IMG/VR virus record: IMGVR_UViG_3300035670_000089
Span: 1 to 64,000 of that record
Length of the DNA: 64,000 nucleotides
DNA from: a virus
Direction: 5' to 3' (one strand)
Numbering within the stretch: position 1 is the first letter of the stretch; each line of letters begins with the position of its first letter. This document shows, in pieces, positions 1 to 8,716 of the stretch. The notes beneath the pieces were generated by a model. That model was given only the letters and a program-made list of their open reading frames with translations. It made no database searches and was not told the DNA's origin. The position numbers were made by a program, and so were the translations under genes.

Positions 1-693
1 GCCACACAAGGTTGTAAATTTCAAGATTGGACAAGATTAAAAAGCTCCAACGATTACCTATACGCTTTAGCCGACATTACAGGTATCCCCGTCTTTGAAC
101 TTATTCACACCAAGAGAGGAAACTCTGGAAGCTGGGGCCATCCCCTTGTTGCAATAGAAGTAGCAAGATGGATAAGCGCTAAATTTGGAGTGTGGTGTAA
201 TATCCATATCGGCAACCTTGTGCAGAGTTCAGAGATCCCCGTAATAAAAGATTTCCTCAAACAGGATCCCGTAATGAAGAATCCCGTAATGAAGAATCCC
301 GTAATGGAGAATCCCGTAATGAAGAATCCCGTAATGGAGAATCCCGTAATGGAGAATCAATCTCAGGAAACTCTATTGCCCCACCCCCGTAGAAAGAAAG
401 CTATAGAAGAGATTGAGGTATCCCCTCAAATGATTAGAGCTTGGGTGGTTTTATTGGACGCATCCGAATGGCTCACGAGTAAAGAAGTAGCTCTTAAAGC
501 CGGTATAGCGCCGCGGACAGCGAGTATGTACACAAAATACTTTACAGACTTAGGTCTGTTGGAACGGCTACAAGTTTTTCCCGCTTTCCGCTTCAAGATG
601 TACAACGATGCATATAGTCGCAATACACCCGCATACTCAAGATTAGAAGAAGTAAGAACAATTTTATCAAATAAGTTTAGTATTACTAAATAA
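1..693 (+). CDS. KilA-N domain protein with repeat linker and C-terminal winged-helix (5' partial)
   Basis: Frame 1 is open from base 1 and reads KFQDWTRLKSS...GSWGHPLVAIEVARWISAKFGVWCN, a typical KilA-N signature. A (PVM[K/E]N)n linker and the HTH-like segment WLTSKEVALKAGIAPRTASMYTKYFTDLGLL follow. The true start lies upstream of the window. Confidence 0.85.
   Translation, partial: ATQGCKFQDWTRLKSSNDYLYALADITGIPVFELIHTKRGNSGSWGHPLVAIEVARWISAKFGVWCNIHIGNLVQSSEIPVIKDFLKQDPVMKNPVMKNPVMENPVMKNPVMENPVMENQSQETLLPHPRRKKAIEEIEVSPQMIRAWVVLLDASEWLTSKEVALKAGIAPRTASMYTKYFTDLGLLERLQVFPAFRFKMYNDAYSRNTPAYSRLEEVRTILSNKFSITK
265..354 (+). repeat. In-frame 15-nt tandem repeat, 6 copies ((A/G)ATCCCGTAATG(A/G)AG)
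   Basis: Read directly from the sequence; encodes DPVMK/NPVMK/NPVME. Confidence 0.95.
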
Positions 694-700
694 ATATTTA

Positions 701-969
701 AGCCTGGTGTTGTACGGTTTGGGATTGCGGTAGGGTTAGTTTTGGTTTGGCTGGTTTCGGTTTAGTTGGGAGAGGTACAGCCAAATATTGTATGGTCTGG
801 GATTAGGGTGTGGTTGGTCGCGGTTAGGCCCAGTATGGGTGGTGTAGCCTGGTGAGGTCTGGAATTATGGTTTGGTGCCGTATTGTTTTGTATAGTAGGG
901 TTTAGTGCGGTCTGGAATTATGGTTTGGTACTGTACTGTTTTGTGTAGTAAGGTTTAGTGCGGAATTGT
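701..969 (+). repeat. G/T-rich 5-nt-periodic array (NGY-NN pentamers) divided by 8-nt GG(G/A)ATTRN linkers; candidate non-coding guide RNA array
   Basis: Example pentamer run: ggttt ggtgc cgtat tgttt tgtat agtag ggttt agtgc ggtct. Linkers lie at 721-728, 799-806, 861-868, 914-921 and 962-969. No ORF in the track covers it. Confidence 0.8.
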
Positions 970-1043
970 GGGTGTGTAGCTCAGATGGATAGAGCAGTCT
1001 CCTTCTAAGAGATCGGTCGGGGGTTCAAGTCCCTCCACACCTG
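970..1043 (+). tRNA. tRNA-Arg (anticodon UCU), CCA not encoded
   Basis: Acceptor stem GGGTGTG/CACACCT, D arm TAGCTCAGATGGATAGAGC, anticodon loop CTTCTAA, T loop GGTTCAAGTCC. Confidence 0.95.
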
Positions 1044-1128
1044 TTATCCTCGATAGGGGATAAAGATGCCCTACTAAACAAAGGGTAAAAAAAGAAGTCA
1101 ATAACGCTTAAACAGTTTGGAGACAACG

Positions 1129-1740
1129 ATGCACCCAATTATTGAGAAGTGCAAGAATAACGAAGAGATCACTTGGGGTGAATATGTAGAAGGCGCATCC
1201 AAGACCTTAAGTGATGTATGGCACGGAGATAAGTACCCAGTCAACTTAGCCTTGGCAGTAATGAACCAATTCATCACCGCCGGGATTATGTTGGACCAAC
1301 TCAAGAAGGCTCTCTATTACGGGAAGAATATTGAGGAGGTAGCCAATCTACATCAGGACTACATCAACGAAGTCTTGAAGTTGCCCCCCAACTCCTCTAT
1401 CACCTCTAGTGAGGATCAGTGGGAGTTAAACGAAGAAGGAAGAATTACACTACACGCAATCTTAGGGATTGCCACTGAGAGTGTAGAAATGGTAGAAGCA
1501 ATCGAGAAAAGCATTTCCAATAATGTAGAAATCGATACTGTAAATCTATCCGAAGAGTTAGGGGATTTAGCTTGGTATATCGCCGCGTTGTTCTATTTAG
1601 AACTATCCGGCTTTAATGAACCAAACCTAATCCTACGCAAGAATCTCCTGAAACTACATAAACGTTTCGGAGATAAATTTACCTTTGAGAAAGCGCTCAA
1701 TAGAGACCTAGTTGAAGAGCGTAAAATTCTTGAAGCGTAA
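1129..1740 (+). CDS. mazG: MazG-like nucleoside triphosphate pyrophosphohydrolase
   Basis: LHAILGIATESVEMVE and NLSEELGDLAWY motifs, plus NLLKLHKRF. Start moved to the ATG at 1129, which follows a GGAG RBS. Confidence 0.8.
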   Translation: MHPIIEKCKNNEEITWGEYVEGASKTLSDVWHGDKYPVNLALAVMNQFITAGIMLDQLKKALYYGKNIEEVANLHQDYINEVLKLPPNSSITSSEDQWELNEEGRITLHAILGIATESVEMVEAIEKSISNNVEIDTVNLSEELGDLAWYIAALFYLELSGFNEPNLILRKNLLKLHKRFGDKFTFEKALNRDLVEERKILEA

Positions 1741-1814
1741 ATAACCAAACCTTATAATAGATATAGGTGAGGTTTGTGCCCAAAGTAAAGACAAAACCTA
1801 AGGAGAAGTTATCA

Positions 1815-2681
1815 ATGACTACCCTCTGCGATGAAGTAAAGTATGTCATCAACGAAGACAATATTGTATTTTATTACAATAAAGAAATGCGGATTGTAAA
1901 TAAAGAAGATTTATATGTTTACAATTCATTAAGAGAAAGCTTAGTTGCAAATAACAACGAGTCGTTGCGTTATGTTGTGGACACTCGGACGGCCATTAAA
2001 GACAGCATTATCAACAAGGCCGAACTCTTCGGACTCGATAAGCGGATCCGGAAGTTAGACAAGGAGGGACTTCCGTTGGACCCTCTACTTAACTTTGTAG
2101 ATCGTTTACCGGAGAATATGTTGTACGACAATAAGCTCCTGGCGTTAGTGGGAACTACAGAGTTGCCCTTAACGTGGACGGGGGATATTGTGGCATATCA
2201 ACGAGCATCTTGGATTCCCTACGATCGTCGTCAACCACTTGAGAGTTGGGTAAGTGAGTTTAAACCGTACCATCGGGTAAGTTCCGGCTCAAACTCACTT
2301 TTAGTAGTAGGTGGGTTTAATTGGACACAACGGCAATGTGCGGATACCGGGTTAACCTTTGAAGTAATCGTACAGCCCGAGGATATTGTAAATTCTTACT
2401 ACTCTACTCACCAAAAGTCGACAGACTACGGAATGTGGTGTGTAAAAGAAGTGACGCAGTTATCTATCTTAGGGAAGATTGTACAGAACAGTGCGAAGGC
2501 TACTACCGGAGTAGTAGAGTTTGTTAACTCATGTAGTGAGTTAGGAGACCAAATGGTAGTGCGGCTGCCCTATAATATGAGTACTGCCTCAAGAATGGTT
2601 AGCGCTATGTTTAGCGTCCCTGAAGGAGCTAAATATAATAAGATGGCTGTCACCTCCGTGCCCGTCAGCGTAAGCTGTTAA
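1815..2681 (+). CDS. rIIB: rIIB-like protein (divergent)
   Basis: PLLNFVDRLPEN, ELPLTWTGDIVAYQ and EVIVQPEDIV resemble conserved rIIB blocks. It is adjacent to an rIIA-like gene. AGGAG RBS at 1801. Confidence 0.6.
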   Translation: MTTLCDEVKYVINEDNIVFYYNKEMRIVNKEDLYVYNSLRESLVANNNESLRYVVDTRTAIKDSIINKAELFGLDKRIRKLDKEGLPLDPLLNFVDRLPENMLYDNKLLALVGTTELPLTWTGDIVAYQRASWIPYDRRQPLESWVSEFKPYHRVSSGSNSLLVVGGFNWTQRQCADTGLTFEVIVQPEDIVNSYYSTHQKSTDYGMWCVKEVTQLSILGKIVQNSAKATTGVVEFVNSCSELGDQMVVRLPYNMSTASRMVSAMFSVPEGAKYNKMAVTSVPVSVSC

Positions 2682-2700
2682 ATTGTACTCTAATAACGAC

Positions 2701-2729
2701 TAAGACCCCCACTCCGGGGGTCTTATTTG
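2701..2729 (+). terminator. Putative intrinsic terminator
   Basis: TAAGACCCCC-actcc-GGGGGTCTTA hairpin followed by TTTG. Confidence 0.65.
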
Positions 2730-2764
2730 TATGTATACACATCTAACCACCCCAGAATTAGAAT

Positions 2765-4867
2765 ATGAAGCTACAGGATATCAATAGAGATGTACTGAAC
2801 AACTTAGATAATTCAGTAAGTTTTTCCTTATCGCAGAAAGAGGAAGACCAAGCTTTAGTGATGGATTTACTTCTGTCGAAGATGTATGCCACGCCAACTC
2901 TTTCAGCATGTAGAGAACTAATCTGCAACGCTATAGACGCGAACATCGAAGCGGGGAATGCAAACGAACCTGTCCGGGTAGAACATACACGAGGGATATT
3001 AAGCATTACCGATAGAGGACCGGGTCTATCGGAAGACCGCATCGTTAATGTCTACACCAAGTTTGGGAGTAGCACTAAACGGGAGGACAATACTGCTATC
3101 GGAGGATTCGGTATTGGAGCTAAGTCTGTCTTCTGTATTAGTGATACCCTTACGTTAATAACAACCTGCGACGGGTACACGTACAACTATATATTGTGGT
3201 TAGACGAGAAGAAGATCCCGAGGATTAGTTTAGTTGGTAAGGAGAAGACAAATAGTCCTACGGGAACTACAATACAGATTCCTATCCGAACGAATAGAGT
3301 AAACGATTGTATGATCTTAGCCCAAACCTTAGCGGCTTGGTCTAAAACCCCCATAGTGGTGATAGAGAATGAAGTTCCTTTAGAGCCGCGGCAGGACGCT
3401 GAGTATATTAGACTCGACGACCGCACTCTATTTAAGAACGGCACGGCTAGTCGGGATATACAGTACAAAGTACTAATTGGCGGTGTATTGTATCCATATA
3501 CCCAGTTAGGCACTAAAGCGGATAGATACTTTGATTTACGTCTTCCAAGTAATAGTCAAAGAATGTATTTCCAGACTACGGAATACAGTTGGGGTTGGTC
3601 TAAACGAAATGAACTCATCTTGGAATTCGATATTGGGGAGTTAACGCTTAGCGCTTCTAGAGAGTATATCCTTCAAAACGAACAAAACCTCGCGCTCATT
3701 CAGAAGAGACTCACAAACTGTTGCGCTAAATTAGAGAACATCCAGAACAGGTTAAATAGCTACCCCACTTGGAAAGAATACGTTGAGAACGAAGACTTTC
3801 ACCAAGGAGTACTCCATAGCCTTAACGCGAGGCGTATTATTAGTCCGGGTACCAGAGTTATAGATGTAGGGGAGACCTTAGACGAATTTGCCTGTATTCA
3901 GGATGTAGCAGTCTTCAAGGACGGCAAACAAATTCAACACATCGACCTTACACAGATTACGTTTATACAACTACTGCGGTCTAACCTGTATGTAGTAAGG
4001 CCTAAGGATGAGTTAGTCGTTAAGGACGAGCACCAGAATAACTACATGGTGATAACGGTCCGCACTTTCCAGAATAAATTTTGTGAGACCTACCACGACG
4101 CTATCAACTACCCTCTACCTTACCTCGAGAGACAGGAGAAACTAAGAATAGCTAAAGCTACCGCAGTATCTCACGACGGTATCGAAGGATTAGCTAAGTC
4201 TGGAAAATTACGGTATGTAGACTCAAAATTACTTAAAGACGCAAAGACTACCCTCTCCGTTGCAAAAGTAACCAGAGAATGTAATTTGGATAAGTTATGT
4301 GTATACGCCTACTCAGATAGTTTGAGTAGTAGTTATACATATCCTTGTAATTTCTTACTGGAGACTTTAGAGGCATTTAAGCTCGAGCAGTTATATATAC
4401 TCCCTCCAGATACCAAAGAGCCTAAGAACTTCCGTTTACTGACGCCGTTCCTAGAAGACTATATAAAAGGAATACAGGAGGAACTTGGAGATTGGTTCGG
4501 TTTTATATGCGCGCTCCTAAATAGAGTAACCTGTACAGGATTCCGAAAAGAGTTACCTGACTTGTTAAGTCTTGCCGAAGATTTAAATAACCAAGGCGCG
4601 GTGAACGCCTTAAAGTTATTCACTACCGAGTTAAGTAAATTACGGGCAATAAAGGTATGGAGATGGAATATCCTCTCAGAGGTGGACAGAAAAACCCAAG
4701 GCGATTACCGTTCGACGAATGCCCCCGATTGGATATGTAATTTTGGGATACCTTTACCCGAAGACGATGAGGTAAGAGCAAACTACCACAGTGTAGTCAA
4801 AGCAGCGCCTTCCTATTCTCCATTTTGGAGAAAAGTAATATTGCGGGCGTACAGAGGAGAGATGTAA
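2765..4867 (+). CDS. rIIA: rIIA-like protein with N-terminal GHKL (Hsp90-like) ATPase
   Basis: RELICNAIDA, ITDRGPGLS and FGSSTKRE..IGGFGIGAKS motifs; ELTLSASREYI. Confidence 0.85.
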   Translation: MKLQDINRDVLNNLDNSVSFSLSQKEEDQALVMDLLLSKMYATPTLSACRELICNAIDANIEAGNANEPVRVEHTRGILSITDRGPGLSEDRIVNVYTKFGSSTKREDNTAIGGFGIGAKSVFCISDTLTLITTCDGYTYNYILWLDEKKIPRISLVGKEKTNSPTGTTIQIPIRTNRVNDCMILAQTLAAWSKTPIVVIENEVPLEPRQDAEYIRLDDRTLFKNGTASRDIQYKVLIGGVLYPYTQLGTKADRYFDLRLPSNSQRMYFQTTEYSWGWSKRNELILEFDIGELTLSASREYILQNEQNLALIQKRLTNCCAKLENIQNRLNSYPTWKEYVENEDFHQGVLHSLNARRIISPGTRVIDVGETLDEFACIQDVAVFKDGKQIQHIDLTQITFIQLLRSNLYVVRPKDELVVKDEHQNNYMVITVRTFQNKFCETYHDAINYPLPYLERQEKLRIAKATAVSHDGIEGLAKSGKLRYVDSKLLKDAKTTLSVAKVTRECNLDKLCVYAYSDSLSSSYTYPCNFLLETLEAFKLEQLYILPPDTKEPKNFRLLTPFLEDYIKGIQEELGDWFGFICALLNRVTCTGFRKELPDLLSLAEDLNNQGAVNALKLFTTELSKLRAIKVWRWNILSEVDRKTQGDYRSTNAPDWICNFGIPLPEDDEVRANYHSVVKAAPSYSPFWRKVILRAYRGEM

Positions 4868-4931
4868 CAACCGCAAGACTAAGAGAAATTTTATTCCCTA
4901 AGGGGATGTTGTAAACATTGGAGACAATAAA

Positions 4932-5240
4932 ATGACCGACGTAAATGTATCAGAACTGTTCGACAATTACGAAGAAGACTTTACCGACGAGGTATTGGAA
5001 GAAACGTTCGACGCGTCCAAGCAGGTTATTATCCGTTACGGAACGGAAGAGTTTGCGGCTACCGTCAAGACCGGGCAGACTCTAATCGATATTGTTCGGG
5101 AGCGTAGCGGGGAAATCGGCGTGAGTGATATTCACCGTCTTAACTTCAAAGTTGAGACTGTCTATGTCACTCCGGATTACACCCCCAAACCCGGGGAAGT
5201 AATCACCGCCTCCGCCAACTCCGACAGTAAAGGGTACTAA
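4932..5240 (+). CDS. Ubiquitin-like (beta-grasp) protein with acidic N-terminal extension
   Basis: The ~70-aa core VIIRYG...GQTLIDIV...PDYTPKPGEVITAS ends DSKG-Y. It is the first gene of an E2/JAB/E1 cluster. The fold is inferred from pattern and context. Confidence 0.7.
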   Translation: MTDVNVSELFDNYEEDFTDEVLEETFDASKQVIIRYGTEEFAATVKTGQTLIDIVRERSGEIGVSDIHRLNFKVETVYVTPDYTPKPGEVITASANSDSKGY

Positions 5241-5252
5241 ACTCTAATCTAC

Positions 5253-5283
5253 AAGGCTCCTCCACAGGAGCCTTTTTATTTTT
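5253..5283 (+). terminator. Putative intrinsic terminator after Ubl gene
   Basis: AAGGCTCCT-ccac-AGGAGCCTT hairpin followed by a T-tract. Confidence 0.75.
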
Positions 5284-5298
5284 GAAGGAACCTGCAAA

Positions 5299-6801
5299 AT
5301 GTATAGATTCTTTTTTCCAAAGAATGCAACACATAAAGCTTTAATTCTAGAGAGTAGAAACATCGAAACTTCATGCGACGATCTCAAGAAGTTTGAGCTT
5401 CGGATTCTTGTCGATACTGCCCCTTTAGAACAGGAGGTATATTTAGACGAGGAGATTTTAGAGGAAGAAGCCGAGAATCTCTGTCAGAACTGCTCTATGT
5501 GGAATTACGGGCCAACCCACACCAAAATCCAGCAGGACTTAGTCGAACAACTTAAAGACCCCGAGAGGTTTGACAAGATTGTGAGTACCTGTAATTGGTT
5601 AGACGTGGAGGATATTAACAAATATCGTAACGACTTAAAATCATTTGTACAGCTCTTAGACTGGAGACATGGTGTTGTCCAGGATAAGATAAAAAGGTAT
5701 TACGAAAAGAATACCGATAAATGCGCGGGTAAAAGTAAGATGCACTCCTTGTTCGGCGGCGGGGCACCTATCCTAGAAAAGCCTTGTCGAGCAGGAAACG
5801 AACTTGCGTATACGTTAAAGATTAACGTACCCAGTCTTACTTGGGAACAACATATTACTTTCTTCCTCGATAACTTCTATTTAGGGCAGGACTCTAGAGA
5901 GTTTAGTATATTCGAGAATGGGGTAGGGCAACTGTTAGAGTACTTTAAGAATAATTGGCACTGCTATGAATTCTATCCGTATAGACTACCAAATGTATAC
6001 GAGTACGGAAAGATCTGTTGGGGAGATATTTCTACTCCTGCTGATTTAAGAGAAGCACAAAATGAATTCTACAGCGCCGCCTTCAATAAAGACCTGGCGC
6101 CCACACAGAATCGAGAAGGAAGCGACGATTATCCGTATAAGACAACTTACGAGCACCTTAAATACTACCGCGGAGGGGATGACATTCCCAGTACAGAGAA
6201 CTTAAGTATTTACACAAACGACGTAGTGAATATCCCTGTACCTAAAGAAGCCTTAGGGATATTGATATTTGAGAACGGTAAGTACCGCGCGAATCTTTAC
6301 AGTACAACGGAGACATCTGTCGGGTATAACACTAAAATAAAAATCGTTGCCCGATTTACTCTAGCCTTCATAACCACGTATGATCGCAGTACGAATATCG
6401 TTGACATAGTTGTACCGTTCCAGCACGGCTGTTTCCATACCTATAAGGATATTGAGATGCCGCCGACGTATAGCGTAAATGCCGAAAAGGTAAAATGTCT
6501 ACTGAAGGAGTACCGGGAGTACGCTAAATGTTGCGATAATTACACCACAGAACTAGAAGATCCTCAAGAAGAGCTAAAAGATCTAATCGAGTATGTCACT
6601 CAACATCATCTATTACAAGAGGACTTGTCTCAACTGCGCGAGGCATTACTGGAAGAGTTAAAAGAAATTCCAGACTGCGTAAGAGTAAGAGAGATAGTCA
6701 CCATAATAGAGGTTGCTATCCAAGACTCCCTTTATAAACGATTGGGAGAGTTATACAAAGGTAAATATTACGAGGTACCACAACATGCTTTCATTGTCTA
6801 A
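5299..6801 (+). CDS. Prokaryotic E2-like protein (Prok-E2_D / PRTRC protein B-like) with long N- and C-terminal extensions
   Basis: YRLPNVYEYGKICWG motif contains the candidate catalytic Cys and is followed by FYSAAFNKDL. It sits between the Ubl and JAB genes. Confidence 0.7.
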   Translation: MYRFFFPKNATHKALILESRNIETSCDDLKKFELRILVDTAPLEQEVYLDEEILEEEAENLCQNCSMWNYGPTHTKIQQDLVEQLKDPERFDKIVSTCNWLDVEDINKYRNDLKSFVQLLDWRHGVVQDKIKRYYEKNTDKCAGKSKMHSLFGGGAPILEKPCRAGNELAYTLKINVPSLTWEQHITFFLDNFYLGQDSREFSIFENGVGQLLEYFKNNWHCYEFYPYRLPNVYEYGKICWGDISTPADLREAQNEFYSAAFNKDLAPTQNREGSDDYPYKTTYEHLKYYRGGDDIPSTENLSIYTNDVVNIPVPKEALGILIFENGKYRANLYSTTETSVGYNTKIKIVARFTLAFITTYDRSTNIVDIVVPFQHGCFHTYKDIEMPPTYSVNAEKVKCLLKEYREYAKCCDNYTTELEDPQEELKDLIEYVTQHHLLQEDLSQLREALLEELKEIPDCVRVREIVTIIEVAIQDSLYKRLGELYKGKYYEVPQHAFIV

Positions 6802-7945
6802 TGCGCCCCAAACTCAAGAACGAGTATCATTCCTCCGTACAAAGGACGGATGTTATAAACTAAACCGGAGTCCGTATTGGGGAACTTACTACACCAAGAT
6901 TAATGACCCTAAAGGAGTAGATACCCCGAAGGACATCAATTGTCTACAACTCAAAGATAACTTTGAGAAGCTACCCTTTGATCTTCTAGGAGGAATTGTA
7001 ACCTTCTTCCGAGAGTATATGACAAAACAAAACGGTCGATATATCGAAGGAGCAACCGAGGTATCGGTCTGTCTACTTCGCTCTGAAACCGACCCGTCTC
7101 AATGGAAGGTAGTTGTACCTCTGCAAGAAGTAACGGCGGTGACTGTAGACGCACGCACTGAATATAGTTGCGATCTGTTTACCGGAGAAGAATATACTGT
7201 ATTCCCTCCTGAAGGTTGGCTCCATGCAGGCAGCCTCCACAGCCACCAACAAATGGATGCCTTTTGGAGCAGTCGGGATGACCAGGGAGAGTTAGAGGTA
7301 CCGGGGATGCATTGTACGGTAGGTTCTATTACCGACCATTCTTTCTCTATTTGCAGTTCTATCGTTCTAAATAAGAACCGCTATATATACGACCCGCGGC
7401 ATTTGTTAGAGATTCCGCCGAACAGTGTAGCTCCCTCGCCTACCTCGCCTAAGTCAATTTATAGCGCAACCCGGACTAAAGGAATCACTATCAACTTTAG
7501 CGAGAAGGTAGAAATCTCTGATGTCTGTCATAACTACGTCAATTTACCAAAAGTGTCCGCTACCTATTCTCACTACCGTAAGCCCAACGTTAAAATTGGT
7601 CTAGCCAATACTTCATACGAGTATGACGATTGGTACTACGGAAGTAGTTACAGTGGGCTCGGCGGAGCGTTCGGGGACGTTGGCTGGTATAACAGTTTTG
7701 AAGAGAAGGAAGAACTCGAGAAACAAGTAAAGCCGTGGTTAGAGAAAGTTGGCAACTTAGTGGAACCCGAGTACCCGGTTAATGTATCGATTAAGGAAGC
7801 TCTAGTGGAGTTAAACGAAGCCTTAGAGAAGTTGTGCCTGGTAGAAGGCGGGCACCAACTAATCGCGGCTTGTATTGGAAAGCATCTAGACTTCCCAACC
7901 AATTTGGAAGAAGCCGAGAAGATTGTTGAGTACCTGCTTGACTAA
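6785..7945 (+). CDS. JAB/MPN+ metallo-isopeptidase (PRTRC protein A-like)
   Basis: KLPFDLLGGIVTFFRE, upstream Glu in ATEVSV, and the JAMM motif HSHQQMDAFWSSRDD. Likely start is the ATG at 6785, overlapping the E2 gene end. Confidence 0.88.
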   Translation: MLSLSNAPQTQERVSFLRTKDGCYKLNRSPYWGTYYTKINDPKGVDTPKDINCLQLKDNFEKLPFDLLGGIVTFFREYMTKQNGRYIEGATEVSVCLLRSETDPSQWKVVVPLQEVTAVTVDARTEYSCDLFTGEEYTVFPPEGWLHAGSLHSHQQMDAFWSSRDDQGELEVPGMHCTVGSITDHSFSICSSIVLNKNRYIYDPRHLLEIPPNSVAPSPTSPKSIYSATRTKGITINFSEKVEISDVCHNYVNLPKVSATYSHYRKPNVKIGLANTSYEYDDWYYGSSYSGLGGAFGDVGWYNSFEEKEELEKQVKPWLEKVGNLVEPEYPVNVSIKEALVELNEALEKLCLVEGGHQLIAACIGKHLDFPTNLEEAEKIVEYLLD

Positions 7946-7952
7946 AGACAGT

Positions 7953-7972
7953 GGGGGTTTTATCCCCCTTTT
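7953..7972 (+). terminator. Weak terminator-like hairpin between JAB and E1
   Basis: GGGGG-ttttat-CCCCC-TTTT. Confidence 0.45.
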
Positions 7973-7992
7973 AACCCATTCGCAGTTTTACT

Positions 7993-8715
7993 ATGAAATT
8001 TAGCACTTGCCATATCATTGGAGCCGGGGGTACCGGAACCATCTTGATGGAACCTCTTATCCGGATGTTATCGTACCATCCAAATGGAACAAGGAAGTTC
8101 TATGTATACGACAAAGACCATTACGAACCGAAGAATAACGTAAGACAACTCTTCGACCCGCAGTACTGCGGTATGAATAAAGCGTTAGCCGCCGAGGAAC
8201 GATATAAGAGTATCTGCGATATCACCGGCATCCCTGAATACGTTAAGCGGCGGGAGTTTGGGGGGATGATTAGTAATGTCTACGATAGTTATAACGACGG
8301 GGCGGTTCTCATTATTCTAGCCGTCGACAACGAACGCACACGACATGAAGTCATTAAAGACTTGGATGAATTGAATCCACGTATCGACTTCGCGTGTGTC
8401 CTCCCCGGGAATGAATATAACACCGCCTCCTGTGTCTGGTATAACCGCGTAAAAGGGATGCTCAAACCTATCCACCCGTTTGAAGTCGTTACTAACTTTG
8501 CTGTCCCGACCGATCAACACCCAGGCAGTTGTGGATACGAGGCGGTCTCATCACCCCAGTTGATTAATGCGAACTTCGCTTCTGCCTTAATTACCTGTGA
8601 AGTGGTCTACGCCTTACTCGAGGATAAGAATCTTCCCTTCCGGGTTAACTACAGCAGTACTGAACTGAATATGTATACGGAAGGACGATTCCTCCCTGTC
8701 CAAGCCCTGATTTAA
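7993..8715 (+). CDS. ThiF/E1-like adenylating enzyme
   Basis: IIGAGGTG nucleotide-binding loop, YDKDHYEPKNNVRQ, NKA and AVDNERTR; candidate catalytic Cys in HPGSCG. Confidence 0.92.
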   Translation: MKFSTCHIIGAGGTGTILMEPLIRMLSYHPNGTRKFYVYDKDHYEPKNNVRQLFDPQYCGMNKALAAEERYKSICDITGIPEYVKRREFGGMISNVYDSYNDGAVLIILAVDNERTRHEVIKDLDELNPRIDFACVLPGNEYNTASCVWYNRVKGMLKPIHPFEVVTNFAVPTDQHPGSCGYEAVSSPQLINANFASALITCEVVYALLEDKNLPFRVNYSSTELNMYTEGRFLPVQALI

Positions 8716-8716
8716 C

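Noticed and set aside
701-969. CRISPR array or protein-coding reading of the G/T-rich region
   Set aside because: The constant elements are only 8 nt, the intervening sequence is itself periodic, no cas genes are present, and there is no ORF.
7993-8715. ThiF/MoeB for thiamine or molybdopterin synthesis
   Set aside because: No ThiG, MoaE or sulfur-transfer genes are present; the neighbours are E2-like and JAB genes.
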